A stretch of 38,849 nt of DNA from NCBI GenBank assembly GCA_026991055.1, contig JALXCE010000308.1, forward strand, positions 1-38,849. The letters are read 5' to 3'. This stretch comes from a candidate division WOR-3 bacterium. GTDB taxonomy: Bacteria; Hydrothermota; Hydrothermia; B15-G9; WFZT01. The translations under genes and the position numbers were made by a program. A model generated the notes under the pieces. It worked only from the letters and a program-made list of their open reading frames with translations. It had not been told where the DNA came from and ran no database searches. Positions 27,889 to 37,088 of this stretch are shown piece by piece. Within the stretch, counting starts at the first letter, position 1. Each line of letters opens with the position of its first letter.

Positions 27889-29400
27889 ATGGACTCCAGC
27901 GATTTTATAGACCAGTCTTTAAAGGGGATGAGTGCGAGTTACCTGGGGGTGCTCTACAACGTCTCCGTTATACTGAACTCCACTCTTGACCTGAAGAAAA
28001 CGCTAAGTTATCTGACCGACGTGGTGAAAAACCTCGTAAATACTGAGAGATGCGTAATAGACCTTAAAAAAGAGTGCTGTGGGGTAAAGCGGGAAACCTA
28101 CAATTTTTCTGAAAACTATATCACTGACCTGAGTGAGACGATTCTAAAAAAGGTTTACGAAACTGGTAAGACATTAAAGCTCATAGATGCCCAGAATCAT
28201 AGCGAGTTTAAAAACCGCAAAAGTGTCAAAAGACTGGGTATAAGGTCGGTTCTCGCTGTTCCCATTAAATGGAAAGACGAAGTGCTTGGAGTGATTTATA
28301 TTGACAACAGGAGAATTGTAAACGCCTTCACAGAGCGTGAGCAGGCTCTGCTTGAGGCTATCGCCAACGTGGCATCAGTTGCCATTAGAAATTCTCAAAA
28401 ATACTCCACTCTTAACCAGTCTCTTAAAGACATAAAGAGCATCTTGAGCAAGGGCTTCTTTTATACGGATAGATTCCTCGTTGTAAGTGACAAAATGAAG
28501 AGGGTGGTGGATGAGATTGAGAGGATTAAAGACAAGGATGAGATAAATGTCCTCATCCTCGGTGAGACCGGTGTTGGAAAGGAAGAGGTTGCAAGAGCAA
28601 TCCATGTGAAATCAAAAAGAAGAAACAAAATGTTTAACTCCATTAACTGCCCCAATTTGAAAGAAGAGCTGTTTGAATCCATGATGTTTGGACATAAGAG
28701 AGGCTCTTACACGGGCGCAATTAAAGACCACGACGGAAAGATACTCGAAGCCAACGGTGGCACAGTTTTCCTCGATGAGATAGGAGACCTTTCACCATCC
28801 CTTCAGGCAAAATTTTTAAAGGTCCTTGAAACAGGTGAAATAGAAATAATCGGAGCCAGTAAGCCCGTCAAAGTGGACGTCAGATTTATTTCTGCAACCA
28901 ATAAAGACATAGAGGAAATGGTGGAAAGAGGTGAATTCAGGGAAGACCTCTACTATAGACTCGCTGGCTATATCATAGAGATTCCTCCGCTCAGGGAGCG
29001 AAAGGAGGAGATTATCCCCCTTGCCAACTATTTCCTTAATCTATATTCTCACGATAGAAACATTAAGGGATTCACGTCAAAGGCGAGGGAGAAACTTTTG
29101 AGCTACGATTACCCGGGTAACGTCAGAGAGCTTCGAGATGTGGTTAAGAGGGCAATTGTCCTCTCTGAGGGAGATTTTATAACCGAGAATGATATAGTTT
29201 TTGGTCGTAGAAAAAAGAGAAGCAAGAAAACTTATTTTGATGAAAATATTAGCCTCAAAGAACTTGAAAAAGTCCATATACTCCAGGTGCTTGAAAAAAC
29301 AAACTGGAGTATGGCAAAAACGGCAGAAATACTCGGAATTACGAGGCAAACACTGAGAAATAAGATTAAGGAATACGGCCTTGATAAATTCAGGAAGTGA
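27889..29400 (+). CDS. Sigma-54-dependent transcriptional activator with an N-terminal GAF-like domain (no receiver domain)
   Basis: The AAA+ core shows GETGVGKE, GSYTGA (a GAFTGA variant), GGTVFLDEIGDL and FREDLYYRL. The C-terminus carries a Fis-type HTH (MAKTAEILGITRQTLRNKIKEYGL). The N-terminal ~170 aa look GAF-like (VLAVPIKWKDEVLGVIYIDN). Confidence 0.85.
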   Translation: MDSSDFIDQSLKGMSASYLGVLYNVSVILNSTLDLKKTLSYLTDVVKNLVNTERCVIDLKKECCGVKRETYNFSENYITDLSETILKKVYETGKTLKLIDAQNHSEFKNRKSVKRLGIRSVLAVPIKWKDEVLGVIYIDNRRIVNAFTEREQALLEAIANVASVAIRNSQKYSTLNQSLKDIKSILSKGFFYTDRFLVVSDKMKRVVDEIERIKDKDEINVLILGETGVGKEEVARAIHVKSKRRNKMFNSINCPNLKEELFESMMFGHKRGSYTGAIKDHDGKILEANGGTVFLDEIGDLSPSLQAKFLKVLETGEIEIIGASKPVKVDVRFISATNKDIEEMVERGEFREDLYYRLAGYIIEIPPLRERKEEIIPLANYFLNLYSHDRNIKGFTSKAREKLLSYDYPGNVRELRDVVKRAIVLSEGDFITENDIVFGRRKKRSKKTYFDENISLKELEKVHILQVLEKTNWSMAKTAEILGITRQTLRNKIKEYGLDKFRK

Positions 29401-29465
29401 GTGCACTTCTGTAAACTCTGATTTGTTGCCTTTAAAATACTCATCGCACATTAAGGAGGAATAAA

Positions 29466-30665
29466 ATGGGATTTTTCATGGCGAGAGAAGATGACATAAA
29501 GAAGGGAAAAACTACAGATGTTTATTTTGTTAGAACCGAGAAGATTTTAAGAGAGAAAAATGTTCATAACCTCTCAGTTGCAGAGTTCACCGTCTCCGGT
29601 TTGCCCAATGGGTACAGATGGGCCCTGTTTGGGGGACTGGAAGAAGCGGTTGAGCTGCTGAAGGGGAAGAATATAGACCTTTATGCGTTTCCCGAAGGGA
29701 CCCTTTTTAAACCGCGAGATATCAATGGAGTCCTTGTGCCTGTAATGTACATCGTGGGTGATTACGTGGAATTTGCTATTTATGAGACACCGACACTTGG
29801 CTTTCTATGCCAGACGAGCGGAATAATGACAAAGTCTGCCAGGGTGAGACTGGCGGCTGGAGACTCTGTGGTGCTTTCCTTCGGTATACGTCGCATGCAC
29901 CCGGCCCTCGCACCTATGATTGATAGAGCGGCATATATTGGCGGATGTGATGGTGTTTCAAGTCTCATTGGAGCAGAAACGATAAATCAGCCGGCCAAAG
30001 GTACCATGCCTCATGCCCTTATGATCACAATGGGTGAGGATGAAGCGTGGAAAGCTTATGATGAGCTGATGCCACCTGAGGTGCCAAGAATTGCCCTCAT
30101 AGACACTTTCGGAGATGAGAAATACGAAGCCATTAAGGCTGCAAAGATATTCCGCAAACTCCAATCGGTCAGATTGGACACCCCGGGTTCCAGGAGAGGG
30201 AACTTTGCAGCAATCATTCGAGAAGTTCGCTGGGAGCTGGATGTCCGTGGCTACAAGGATGTAGGAATATTTGTATCCGGCGGTCTTGATGAAAAGACTA
30301 TACCGGAGCTAAAAGAGGCTGGTGCCAACGGATTTGGTGTTGGAACGTCCATCTCGAATGCCCCCACCATTGATTTTGCCATGGATATTGTTGAAATTGA
30401 CGGCAAGCCCAGCGCGAAAAAAGGGAAATTTGGCGCAAGAAAAGACACTTACAGATGTAGGGAATGTTTCTCTTTTGTCAATGTCAGGCATGGTGAGAAT
30501 CCTCCTGAAAGATGCCCGGTCTGTGGTGGAGAACTTGAGCTTATGCACAGAAAAATTCTTGATAAAGGAAAACTCGTGTATGAACTTCCAGGTGTCGAAG
30601 ATATGAGAAATTACGTGCTTTCCCAGCTGGAGCACCTAAAAAAGGTGGAAGAAAATCCTATCTAA
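29466..30665 (+). CDS. pncB: Nicotinate phosphoribosyltransferase, archaeal-type with a C-terminal zinc ribbon
   Basis: The N-terminus reads KKGKTTDVYF. GTMPHAL and RLDTPGSRRG are present, and the C-terminus has CRECF-x17-CPVCGG. An AAGGAGG SD lies 6 nt before the ATG. Confidence 0.75.
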   Translation: MGFFMAREDDIKKGKTTDVYFVRTEKILREKNVHNLSVAEFTVSGLPNGYRWALFGGLEEAVELLKGKNIDLYAFPEGTLFKPRDINGVLVPVMYIVGDYVEFAIYETPTLGFLCQTSGIMTKSARVRLAAGDSVVLSFGIRRMHPALAPMIDRAAYIGGCDGVSSLIGAETINQPAKGTMPHALMITMGEDEAWKAYDELMPPEVPRIALIDTFGDEKYEAIKAAKIFRKLQSVRLDTPGSRRGNFAAIIREVRWELDVRGYKDVGIFVSGGLDEKTIPELKEAGANGFGVGTSISNAPTIDFAMDIVEIDGKPSAKKGKFGARKDTYRCRECFSFVNVRHGENPPERCPVCGGELELMHRKILDKGKLVYELPGVEDMRNYVLSQLEHLKKVEENPI

Positions 30666-30675
30666 CGGAGGGAAG

Positions 30676-31383
30676 ATGAAGGTCGTTATCCTCGCAGGTG
30701 GAAAGGGCAAGAGACTCGAGCCTTACACCACTCTGCTACCAAAGCCACTGATGCCTGTGGGAGAGTACCCTATTCTTGAAATAATCTTGAGACAGCTTAA
30801 GTACTACGGTTTTAACGAGGTAATTCTTGCAGTTGGACACCTTGCAGAGTTGATCCAGGCGTACTTCGGGAAAGGGGAAAAACTCGGGATGAAGATCGCT
30901 TATGTCTTTGAGCCTCATCCGCTTGGAACTGTTGGCCCTCTTAAACTTATGCAGGATAGGTTGAATGATACTCCTTTCTTAGTAATGAACGGTGACATTT
31001 TGACAGACCTTGATTTTAAGGAATTTATGGATTATCACCTGAATTCCGGCGGCACCCTCACAGTTGGAGTTAAAAAGAGAGCTGTAAATATAGATTTCGG
31101 AGTGGCTGATCTTTCTGGTAATGTGATTGTTAACTACAGGGAAAAACCAACTTTTGAATTCTGGGTTTCAATGGGAATTTACATATTCGAACCTCCAATT
31201 CTGAATTATATACCCGATAAGAAGAAATTTGACTTTCCAGACCTTGTTCAGGAGTTAATTGCCCACGGCGAGAAAATTTCAGCCTACCTTTATGACGGTT
31301 TCTGGCTGGACATAGGCCGAGAGGAAGACATGAAACGTGCCCAGTATGAGTTTGAAAGCCGAAAGGATACCCTGCTGAAATGA
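30676..31383 (+). CDS. Sugar-1-phosphate nucleotidyltransferase (short NTP_transferase, specificity unknown)
   Basis: The motifs ILAGGKGKRLEPYT..LPKPLMPV, PLGTVGPL and FWLDIGREED are present. A GGAGGGAAG SD precedes the start. Confidence 0.85.
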   Translation: MKVVILAGGKGKRLEPYTTLLPKPLMPVGEYPILEIILRQLKYYGFNEVILAVGHLAELIQAYFGKGEKLGMKIAYVFEPHPLGTVGPLKLMQDRLNDTPFLVMNGDILTDLDFKEFMDYHLNSGGTLTVGVKKRAVNIDFGVADLSGNVIVNYREKPTFEFWVSMGIYIFEPPILNYIPDKKKFDFPDLVQELIAHGEKISAYLYDGFWLDIGREEDMKRAQYEFESRKDTLLK

Positions 31384-32441
31384 AGGCACTGGTTTTAAGT
31401 GGTGGAAAAGGAACGAGATTAAGACCGGTGACATATAGCCTTGCAAAGCAACTCGTTCCCGTCGCAAATAGGCCAATCCTTTTCTACGTGCTGGATAACA
31501 TAATTCAAGCAGGGATAAGCGATATCGGAATCATTATTTCGCCGGAAACTGGTGAAGATATCAAGAGGGCGGTAGAGATGTATCGGACCCGTGACGCCAG
31601 GTTTACCTTTATTTTACAGGAGGCACCTCTGGGACTTGCCCATGCCGTAAAAATTTCAAGAGACTTTATCGGTGATGAACCTTTTGTTATGTACCTTGGA
31701 GATAATTTGATCGGCTCCGGGATCGGAAACTTTAAAGAAAAGTTTTTATCCGAAAACCCTGATGCCCTTATTCTGGTTAAAGAAGTGGAAGATGCCACAC
31801 AGTTTGGGGTCGTCGAATTTGACCAGGAAGGAAAGGTAATGAGATTGGTGGAAAAGCCAAAATTTCCTCCGTCCAGCTTCGCCCTTGTCGGGGTTTACTT
31901 CTTCTCTCCTGCTATTTTTGAAGCTGTAGAGAAGCTCACACCTTCATGGCGCGGAGAGTATGAGATTACGGAAGCCATTCAGGAGCTGATAAATTCCGGT
32001 AAAAAAGTAATTGCCGAGTATCTTGAATCCTGGTGGCTTGATACAGGGAAAAAGGATGACATTCTTGAGGCTAACAGAGTGGTGCTTGATGAATGGATAA
32101 GGAGAAATATAGATGGGCGCATTGATGAATCAAGTGTTATATCTGGAAGAGTGTCCATTTCTAAGGGTGCCATCGTGGAGAACTCTGAAATCAGGGGCCC
32201 TGTTGTTATTGGTAGTGGCGCGACGGTAAGGAACTCATTTATAGGACCTTACACGAGCATTGGGGATTTCTCACATGTGGAAGATTCAGAAATCCAATTC
32301 TCGGTTGTGCTTGATGGTGTTGAAATTCTCGGAGTTAAAGGGATTGATAGTTCAATAATAGGGAAAAGGGCACGCGTAGTGGGCAATGGCAAAAATCGTA
32401 TTAAACTTTTCATCGGAGATGATGCAGTAGTTGAATTCTGA
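31380..32441 (+). CDS. rfbA: Glucose-1-phosphate thymidylyltransferase, long form with a left-handed beta-helix tail
   Basis: The motifs LSGGKGTRLRPVTYSLAKQLVPV, PLGLAHAV and WWLDTGKKDD are present. The tail shows hexapeptide-like repeats. The gene is directly followed by rfbC, rfbB and rfbD, and its start forms an ATGA overlap with the previous gene. Confidence 0.8.
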   Translation: MKALVLSGGKGTRLRPVTYSLAKQLVPVANRPILFYVLDNIIQAGISDIGIIISPETGEDIKRAVEMYRTRDARFTFILQEAPLGLAHAVKISRDFIGDEPFVMYLGDNLIGSGIGNFKEKFLSENPDALILVKEVEDATQFGVVEFDQEGKVMRLVEKPKFPPSSFALVGVYFFSPAIFEAVEKLTPSWRGEYEITEAIQELINSGKKVIAEYLESWWLDTGKKDDILEANRVVLDEWIRRNIDGRIDESSVISGRVSISKGAIVENSEIRGPVVIGSGATVRNSFIGPYTSIGDFSHVEDSEIQFSVVLDGVEILGVKGIDSSIIGKRARVVGNGKNRIKLFIGDDAVVEF

Positions 32442-32442
32442 G

Positions 32443-32997
32443 ATGGCCCGACTGCTTAAAATTAAGCTTCCCATAGACGGCCCATTTGTTATAGTCCCTG
32501 AGGTCTACCATGACCATCGAGGATACTTCATGGAAACCTTTAGTGAAAGGGACTTTAAGGAGATCGGCATCACGAAGAGCTTTGTTCAGGACAACGAATC
32601 CTACACAAAAAAGCGCGGCACAATTAGAGGATTGCACTACCAGATAGCTCCGAAGCCGCAGGCCAAGCTGGTGAGATGTGTCAGGGGAAGTGTATTTGAT
32701 GTGATGGTGGATATCAGGCCAGGTAGTCCAACGTTTGGCCGATGGACCGCGGTAATTCTTAATGAATTCAACCACAAGCAGGTCTACATTCCCGAGGGAT
32801 TCGCCCACGGATTCCAGAGCCTCACTGATGATGTAATTGTTACTTACAAGGTCACAGAATTTTACTATAGAGAGTTTGACAGGGCCATCAGATGGAATGA
32901 TCCCGAGATTGGCATCTCCTGGCCCTTTGATAATCCCATACTATCTGAAAAAGACAGAAATGCGCCCCTTCTGAAGGAGGCAGAGCTTATCTTTTGA
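32443..32997 (+). CDS. rfbC: dTDP-4-dehydrorhamnose 3,5-epimerase
   Basis: The motifs HRGYFMETF, RGLHYQ, KLVRCVRGSVFDVMVD and IPEGFAHGF are present. I place the start at ATG 32443, just after the rfbA stop. The ORF track starts at a TTG at 32431. Confidence 0.9.
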   Translation: MARLLKIKLPIDGPFVIVPEVYHDHRGYFMETFSERDFKEIGITKSFVQDNESYTKKRGTIRGLHYQIAPKPQAKLVRCVRGSVFDVMVDIRPGSPTFGRWTAVILNEFNHKQVYIPEGFAHGFQSLTDDVIVTYKVTEFYYREFDRAIRWNDPEIGISWPFDNPILSEKDRNAPLLKEAELIF

Positions 32998-32999
32998 CC

Positions 33000-34004
33000 A
33001 TGAGGATACTTGTAACAGGTGGAGCCGGCTTCATAGGAAGTGAGTTTGTAAGGCAGTTAAAAGAAGAGGTCGCGGTCCTGGATAGCCTGACCTACGCCGG
33101 AGATTTGAAAAGACTCGAAAAGGTGATGTCCCGGATTTCATTTTTCCGTGCCGATGTGCATGATATGGAGCAAATTCAAAAAATTTTTAAAGACTTTAAA
33201 CCCGAGGTAGTGGTACACTTTGCGGCAGAGACCCATGTGGACAGAAGTATCCTTTTCCCCACCCAATTCTACGAGACCAACGTGATAGGCACCCACAATG
33301 TGCTCCAGGCTTCTCTTGAAACTGGCGTTGAGCTTTTTATCAATGTTTCCACAGATGAGGTTTATGGTGAGAGAGAGGATGAAGGAAGATTTAAAGAAGA
33401 TGATCCGTTGAGACCAGGCTCTCCATATGCGGTTAGTAAGGCGGCGGCTGATATGCTCGGCCGTGCATTTATGCGAACTTACGGTCTTCCTGTGATTACC
33501 GTGAGACCTTCCAACAACTATGGTCCCTGGCAGTACCCTGAGAAGCTTGTCCCGGTTGTCATCGCGAAGGCTCTAAAAGACGAGCCAATCCCGGTCTATG
33601 GAACTGGTGAAAATTTAAGAGAATGGATACACGTTTCGGATACGGCTCGAGCTTTGATAGAAATTCTGAAGAATCCCAGGCCGGGTGAGATTTACAATAT
33701 AGGTAGTGGAATTGAGCTTAAAAACATTGACGTGGTTAAGAAAATACTTCGTATCCTTGGTAAACCCGAGGATTTGATAACCTTTGTCAGGGATCGTGCC
33801 GGGCACGATTTTCGGTACTCCCTTAACACCAAGAAAATCCAAAAGGAGATCGGATGGAGCCCGGAAATAGGTTTTGATGAAGGACTCTATCAGACTGTGA
33901 TGTGGTACATTGAACACATGGAATGGCTTGAGGAGAAGATAAAAACTGTCCGTAGTTTCTGGGAAATGGTCTATGAAAATGAGAGTGGTGATAACAGGAG
34001 CTAA
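33000..34004 (+). CDS. rfbB: dTDP-glucose 4,6-dehydratase
   Basis: The protein begins MRILVTGGAGFIGS. STDEVYG, the YAVSKAA (YxxxK) motif and a DRAGHDFRY tail are present. A TTG at 32994 is an alternative start. Confidence 0.9.
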   Translation: MRILVTGGAGFIGSEFVRQLKEEVAVLDSLTYAGDLKRLEKVMSRISFFRADVHDMEQIQKIFKDFKPEVVVHFAAETHVDRSILFPTQFYETNVIGTHNVLQASLETGVELFINVSTDEVYGEREDEGRFKEDDPLRPGSPYAVSKAAADMLGRAFMRTYGLPVITVRPSNNYGPWQYPEKLVPVVIAKALKDEPIPVYGTGENLREWIHVSDTARALIEILKNPRPGEIYNIGSGIELKNIDVVKKILRILGKPEDLITFVRDRAGHDFRYSLNTKKIQKEIGWSPEIGFDEGLYQTVMWYIEHMEWLEEKIKTVRSFWEMVYENESGDNRS

Positions 34005-34824
34005 TGGCCAGCTCGGCACTGCACTGGTCGAAAATGCCCCAGAAAACGTTGAAGTTATACCCCACACAAGAGAGGATTTTGATCTGAGGGATATAAATGC
34101 TCTTGAACGTTTTTTAAGAGAAACTGCTCCTTTTATGGTTATCAATACGGCCGCTTTTCATGATACAGAGGCCTGTGAGACTGAATTTGAAGAGGCTCTG
34201 TTTGTGAATGCGATAATACCGACTATAATGGCAAGAATACTCGAGGAAATTGGGGGAATCGTGGTTTTTATCAGCACCGATTACGTATTTGACGGCGAGA
34301 AACGGGGAGAGCTTTATCTTGAGGATGACTTGCCGAATCCCCTGAACAGGTACGGTATCTCAAAACTTGCAGGTGAAGTGGGGGTTTCAAAACTGTCTTC
34401 TAAGTTCTATATTTTTAGACTGTCTTCGCTCTTTGGAAAAACGAGGAAACGGACCGGGAATTTTGTCCTTAAAATTATAGAAAAGGCAAAGAAAGGCGAG
34501 CCCCTCAGGGTAGTCAATGATATTTTCATGACACCCACTTACGCTCCGGACGCTGCAAGAAGAATCTGGGAAGTCCTGCTTGGTGATTTTTCTCCCGGAG
34601 TGTACCACGTCTCAAACTCAGGTGTCACCAGCTGGTTTGATTTTGCAAAGGAAATACTGAGGATCAAGGGCATTGATAAAGATGTGATGCCTGTTTCTCA
34701 TACCGAGATTAAAACGAAAGTGAAGAGGCCCTTCTGGAGCCCGCTGGGAAGCAAATATCTTTCTCCGTTACGTCATTGGGGGGAGGCACTCAAAGAATAT
34801 CTGGAGGTAGAGTCATGGACCTGA
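33973..34824 (+). CDS. rfbD: dTDP-4-dehydrorhamnose reductase
   Basis: The motifs VVITGANGQLG, STDYVFDG and YGISKLAGE are present. The gene overlaps the rfbB tail by about 30 nt. The second ATG at 33979 is also possible. Confidence 0.9.
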   Translation: MKMRVVITGANGQLGTALVENAPENVEVIPHTREDFDLRDINALERFLRETAPFMVINTAAFHDTEACETEFEEALFVNAIIPTIMARILEEIGGIVVFISTDYVFDGEKRGELYLEDDLPNPLNRYGISKLAGEVGVSKLSSKFYIFRLSSLFGKTRKRTGNFVLKIIEKAKKGEPLRVVNDIFMTPTYAPDAARRIWEVLLGDFSPGVYHVSNSGVTSWFDFAKEILRIKGIDKDVMPVSHTEIKTKVKRPFWSPLGSKYLSPLRHWGEALKEYLEVESWT

Positions 34825-35618
34825 GTGTCATAACAATCAGTCATGGGCACGATGCCGAGGTAAAAAGGCTTTACAAGTCTATCCTCGGCAAAGACTGGAA
34901 AGTCGGTTTAGAACTAATTCTTATAGACAATCTCCCCCCTCACAAAACAGCAAAGCTGGTGAGCAAGACTTTCCCCGGAGTCAAAATATTGAAGAACAAG
35001 AGACCCAGGGGATTTGCACACAACGCTAACCTTGGTATAAGCAAATCCTCGGGACGTTACATTTTTCTACTAAATCCTGACATTGTAGTCCTCGACGGCC
35101 TCTTTGAAAAAATGGTTAAATTCATGGATGAGCACCCTGATGTTGGCATAGCAGCCCCGGTTCTCCTTAATGTGGATGGCTCAAGACAACCCTCGGCACG
35201 AAGATTCCCCAATTTCTGGGTAATGATGTTGCGTGGTCTTGGCCTTGACAGGTACCTTGGTTTTATGTCATTAAATCAAAAATATATTGCAAACGATGTA
35301 CCTCTGAACAACGGCTATGTGAACGTGGATTGGGTGACAGGAGCGGCCATGATTATCAGGAGAAAGGCATACGAAGTTATAGGCCCGTTTGACGATAAAA
35401 ACTTTTTCCTCTACTTTGAGGATGTTGATTACTGCTACAGACTGTGGAAGGCGGGCTGGCGTGTGGCATATGTCACAGAGGCCAGAGCAGTGCACGAATG
35501 GAAAAGACGCTCGAGAAATCCATTCTCCGTTTATAAATTTTACCACGTTGTTAGTGGCGTAAGGTTTTTCAAAAAGTACGGTCTAAATCTGAAAAATCCC
35601 AGGGAGGGTTTGAAATGA
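34815..35618 (+). CDS. Family-2 glycosyltransferase (rhamnosyltransferase-like)
   Basis: The motifs VITISHG, IDNLPP, LNPDIVV and YFEDVDYCYR (DxD region) are present. I place the start at ATG 34815, after a GGAGG. That start overlaps the rfbD stop. Confidence 0.8.
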   Translation: MDLSVITISHGHDAEVKRLYKSILGKDWKVGLELILIDNLPPHKTAKLVSKTFPGVKILKNKRPRGFAHNANLGISKSSGRYIFLLNPDIVVLDGLFEKMVKFMDEHPDVGIAAPVLLNVDGSRQPSARRFPNFWVMMLRGLGLDRYLGFMSLNQKYIANDVPLNNGYVNVDWVTGAAMIIRRKAYEVIGPFDDKNFFLYFEDVDYCYRLWKAGWRVAYVTEARAVHEWKRRSRNPFSVYKFYHVVSGVRFFKKYGLNLKNPREGLK

Positions 35619-37078
35619 AAGTTTTTTACATGTCGTCTGAGATATATCCCTATGCGAAAACAGGGGGATTGGCCGATGTTGCCGGCACACTTCCCCTGAG
35701 TCTCAAAAAACTGGGAGTCGAGATCATTCTCGCAATGCCCTATTACAATAGGTTCGTTGAAAAACACATCCCTGAGAATACCGGAATCGTGCTGGACGTG
35801 GAATTCAACGGAATTACCTACAAGACGCCTATCTATAAAAAAGAAAACAAAGACGTTACCACCTACTTCATCAAAAACGACCAGTTCTTCAATAGAGAGT
35901 TTCTCTACGGAACACCTGAAGGCGATTATCCTGATAACCCGCTCAGATTCGGCTTTTTTAACGTAGCATCCCTGAGACTTCTTGAAAAATTGAATTTTAA
36001 ACCGGCGATTATCCATCTAAACGACTGGCAGACAGCTCTTGTCCCTGTTTACCTTAAAAAAACGAATCTTTTCCCATTTCTAAAGGATACGAAAACCATT
36101 ATAACAATCCACAATCTTGCCTATCAGGGCACCTTTGATCCCAAATTTTTGAAAGACCTGATGCTCCCTGAATCTCTATTCAACATGGAGGCCATGGAAT
36201 TTTATGGAAAAATCAACTTTTTGAAAGGCGGAATAGTTTTCTCCGACGTCATCACAACTGTCAGCCCTACCTATGCACGGGAAATTCAGACCCCGGAGTA
36301 TGGGTATGGACTCGAAGGAGTGCTTTACAAGAGAAGGGAGCATATTTATGGGATTTTAAACGGCATTGATTACGATGTATGGAATCCTGAAAACGATGAA
36401 AATATTTACTACACGTACTCAGTCGAAGACTTCCATTACAAGAAAATGCTGAACAAAACCCACCTTCAGGAAGATGTGGGCCTTCCGGCAGATTCTGAAA
36501 AGCCTTTGATTGGTATGGTTTCAAGGCTCGCAGCTCAAAAGGGGCTTGACCTCCTTGCAGATGCCATGAAAGAGCTTTCAAACATGGACCTTCAGATGGT
36601 TATACTTGGGACAGGTGATAAAATTTATCAGGACCTTCTCTCTGATTTTGGAACCAAATTCCCAGACAAATTCGCCGTTAAAATTGCATTTGATCCGGTG
36701 CTTGCAAGAAGAATTTACGCTGGTTCTGACATGTTCCTCATGCCATCAAGATATGAGCCATGTGGGCTTGGCCAGATGATTGCTATGCGGTACGGAACTA
36801 TTCCTGTAGTGAGAAAAACAGGTGGCCTTGCTGATACTGTCGAGGATTTCACCTATGAAAAGCTAAAGCGTGATCCTGGAAAACGTAAGGGATACGGTTT
36901 TAGCTTCACTACATACACTCATGCCAACCTGATAGATGCTATTAAAAGGGCACTCAAGATTTATAGGGATAAAGAGACATGGAACCAGCTTGTAAAAATT
37001 GCCATGACACGTGATTTCTCATGGAAGAGCTCGGCAAGGGAGTATATCGCTCTTTACGAAAAGGTCATGTACATGTAA
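35615..37078 (+). CDS. glgA: Glycogen synthase (ADP-glucose type, GT5)
   Basis: The N-terminus reads MKVFYMSSEIYPYAKTGGLADVAG. HNLAYQG, SRYEPCGLGQM and VRKTGGLADTV are present. The start forms an ATGA overlap with the GT2 gene. Confidence 0.95.
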   Translation: MKVFYMSSEIYPYAKTGGLADVAGTLPLSLKKLGVEIILAMPYYNRFVEKHIPENTGIVLDVEFNGITYKTPIYKKENKDVTTYFIKNDQFFNREFLYGTPEGDYPDNPLRFGFFNVASLRLLEKLNFKPAIIHLNDWQTALVPVYLKKTNLFPFLKDTKTIITIHNLAYQGTFDPKFLKDLMLPESLFNMEAMEFYGKINFLKGGIVFSDVITTVSPTYAREIQTPEYGYGLEGVLYKRREHIYGILNGIDYDVWNPENDENIYYTYSVEDFHYKKMLNKTHLQEDVGLPADSEKPLIGMVSRLAAQKGLDLLADAMKELSNMDLQMVILGTGDKIYQDLLSDFGTKFPDKFAVKIAFDPVLARRIYAGSDMFLMPSRYEPCGLGQMIAMRYGTIPVVRKTGGLADTVEDFTYEKLKRDPGKRKGYGFSFTTYTHANLIDAIKRALKIYRDKETWNQLVKIAMTRDFSWKSSAREYIALYEKVMYM

Positions 37079-37088
37079 GGAGGTCGAA

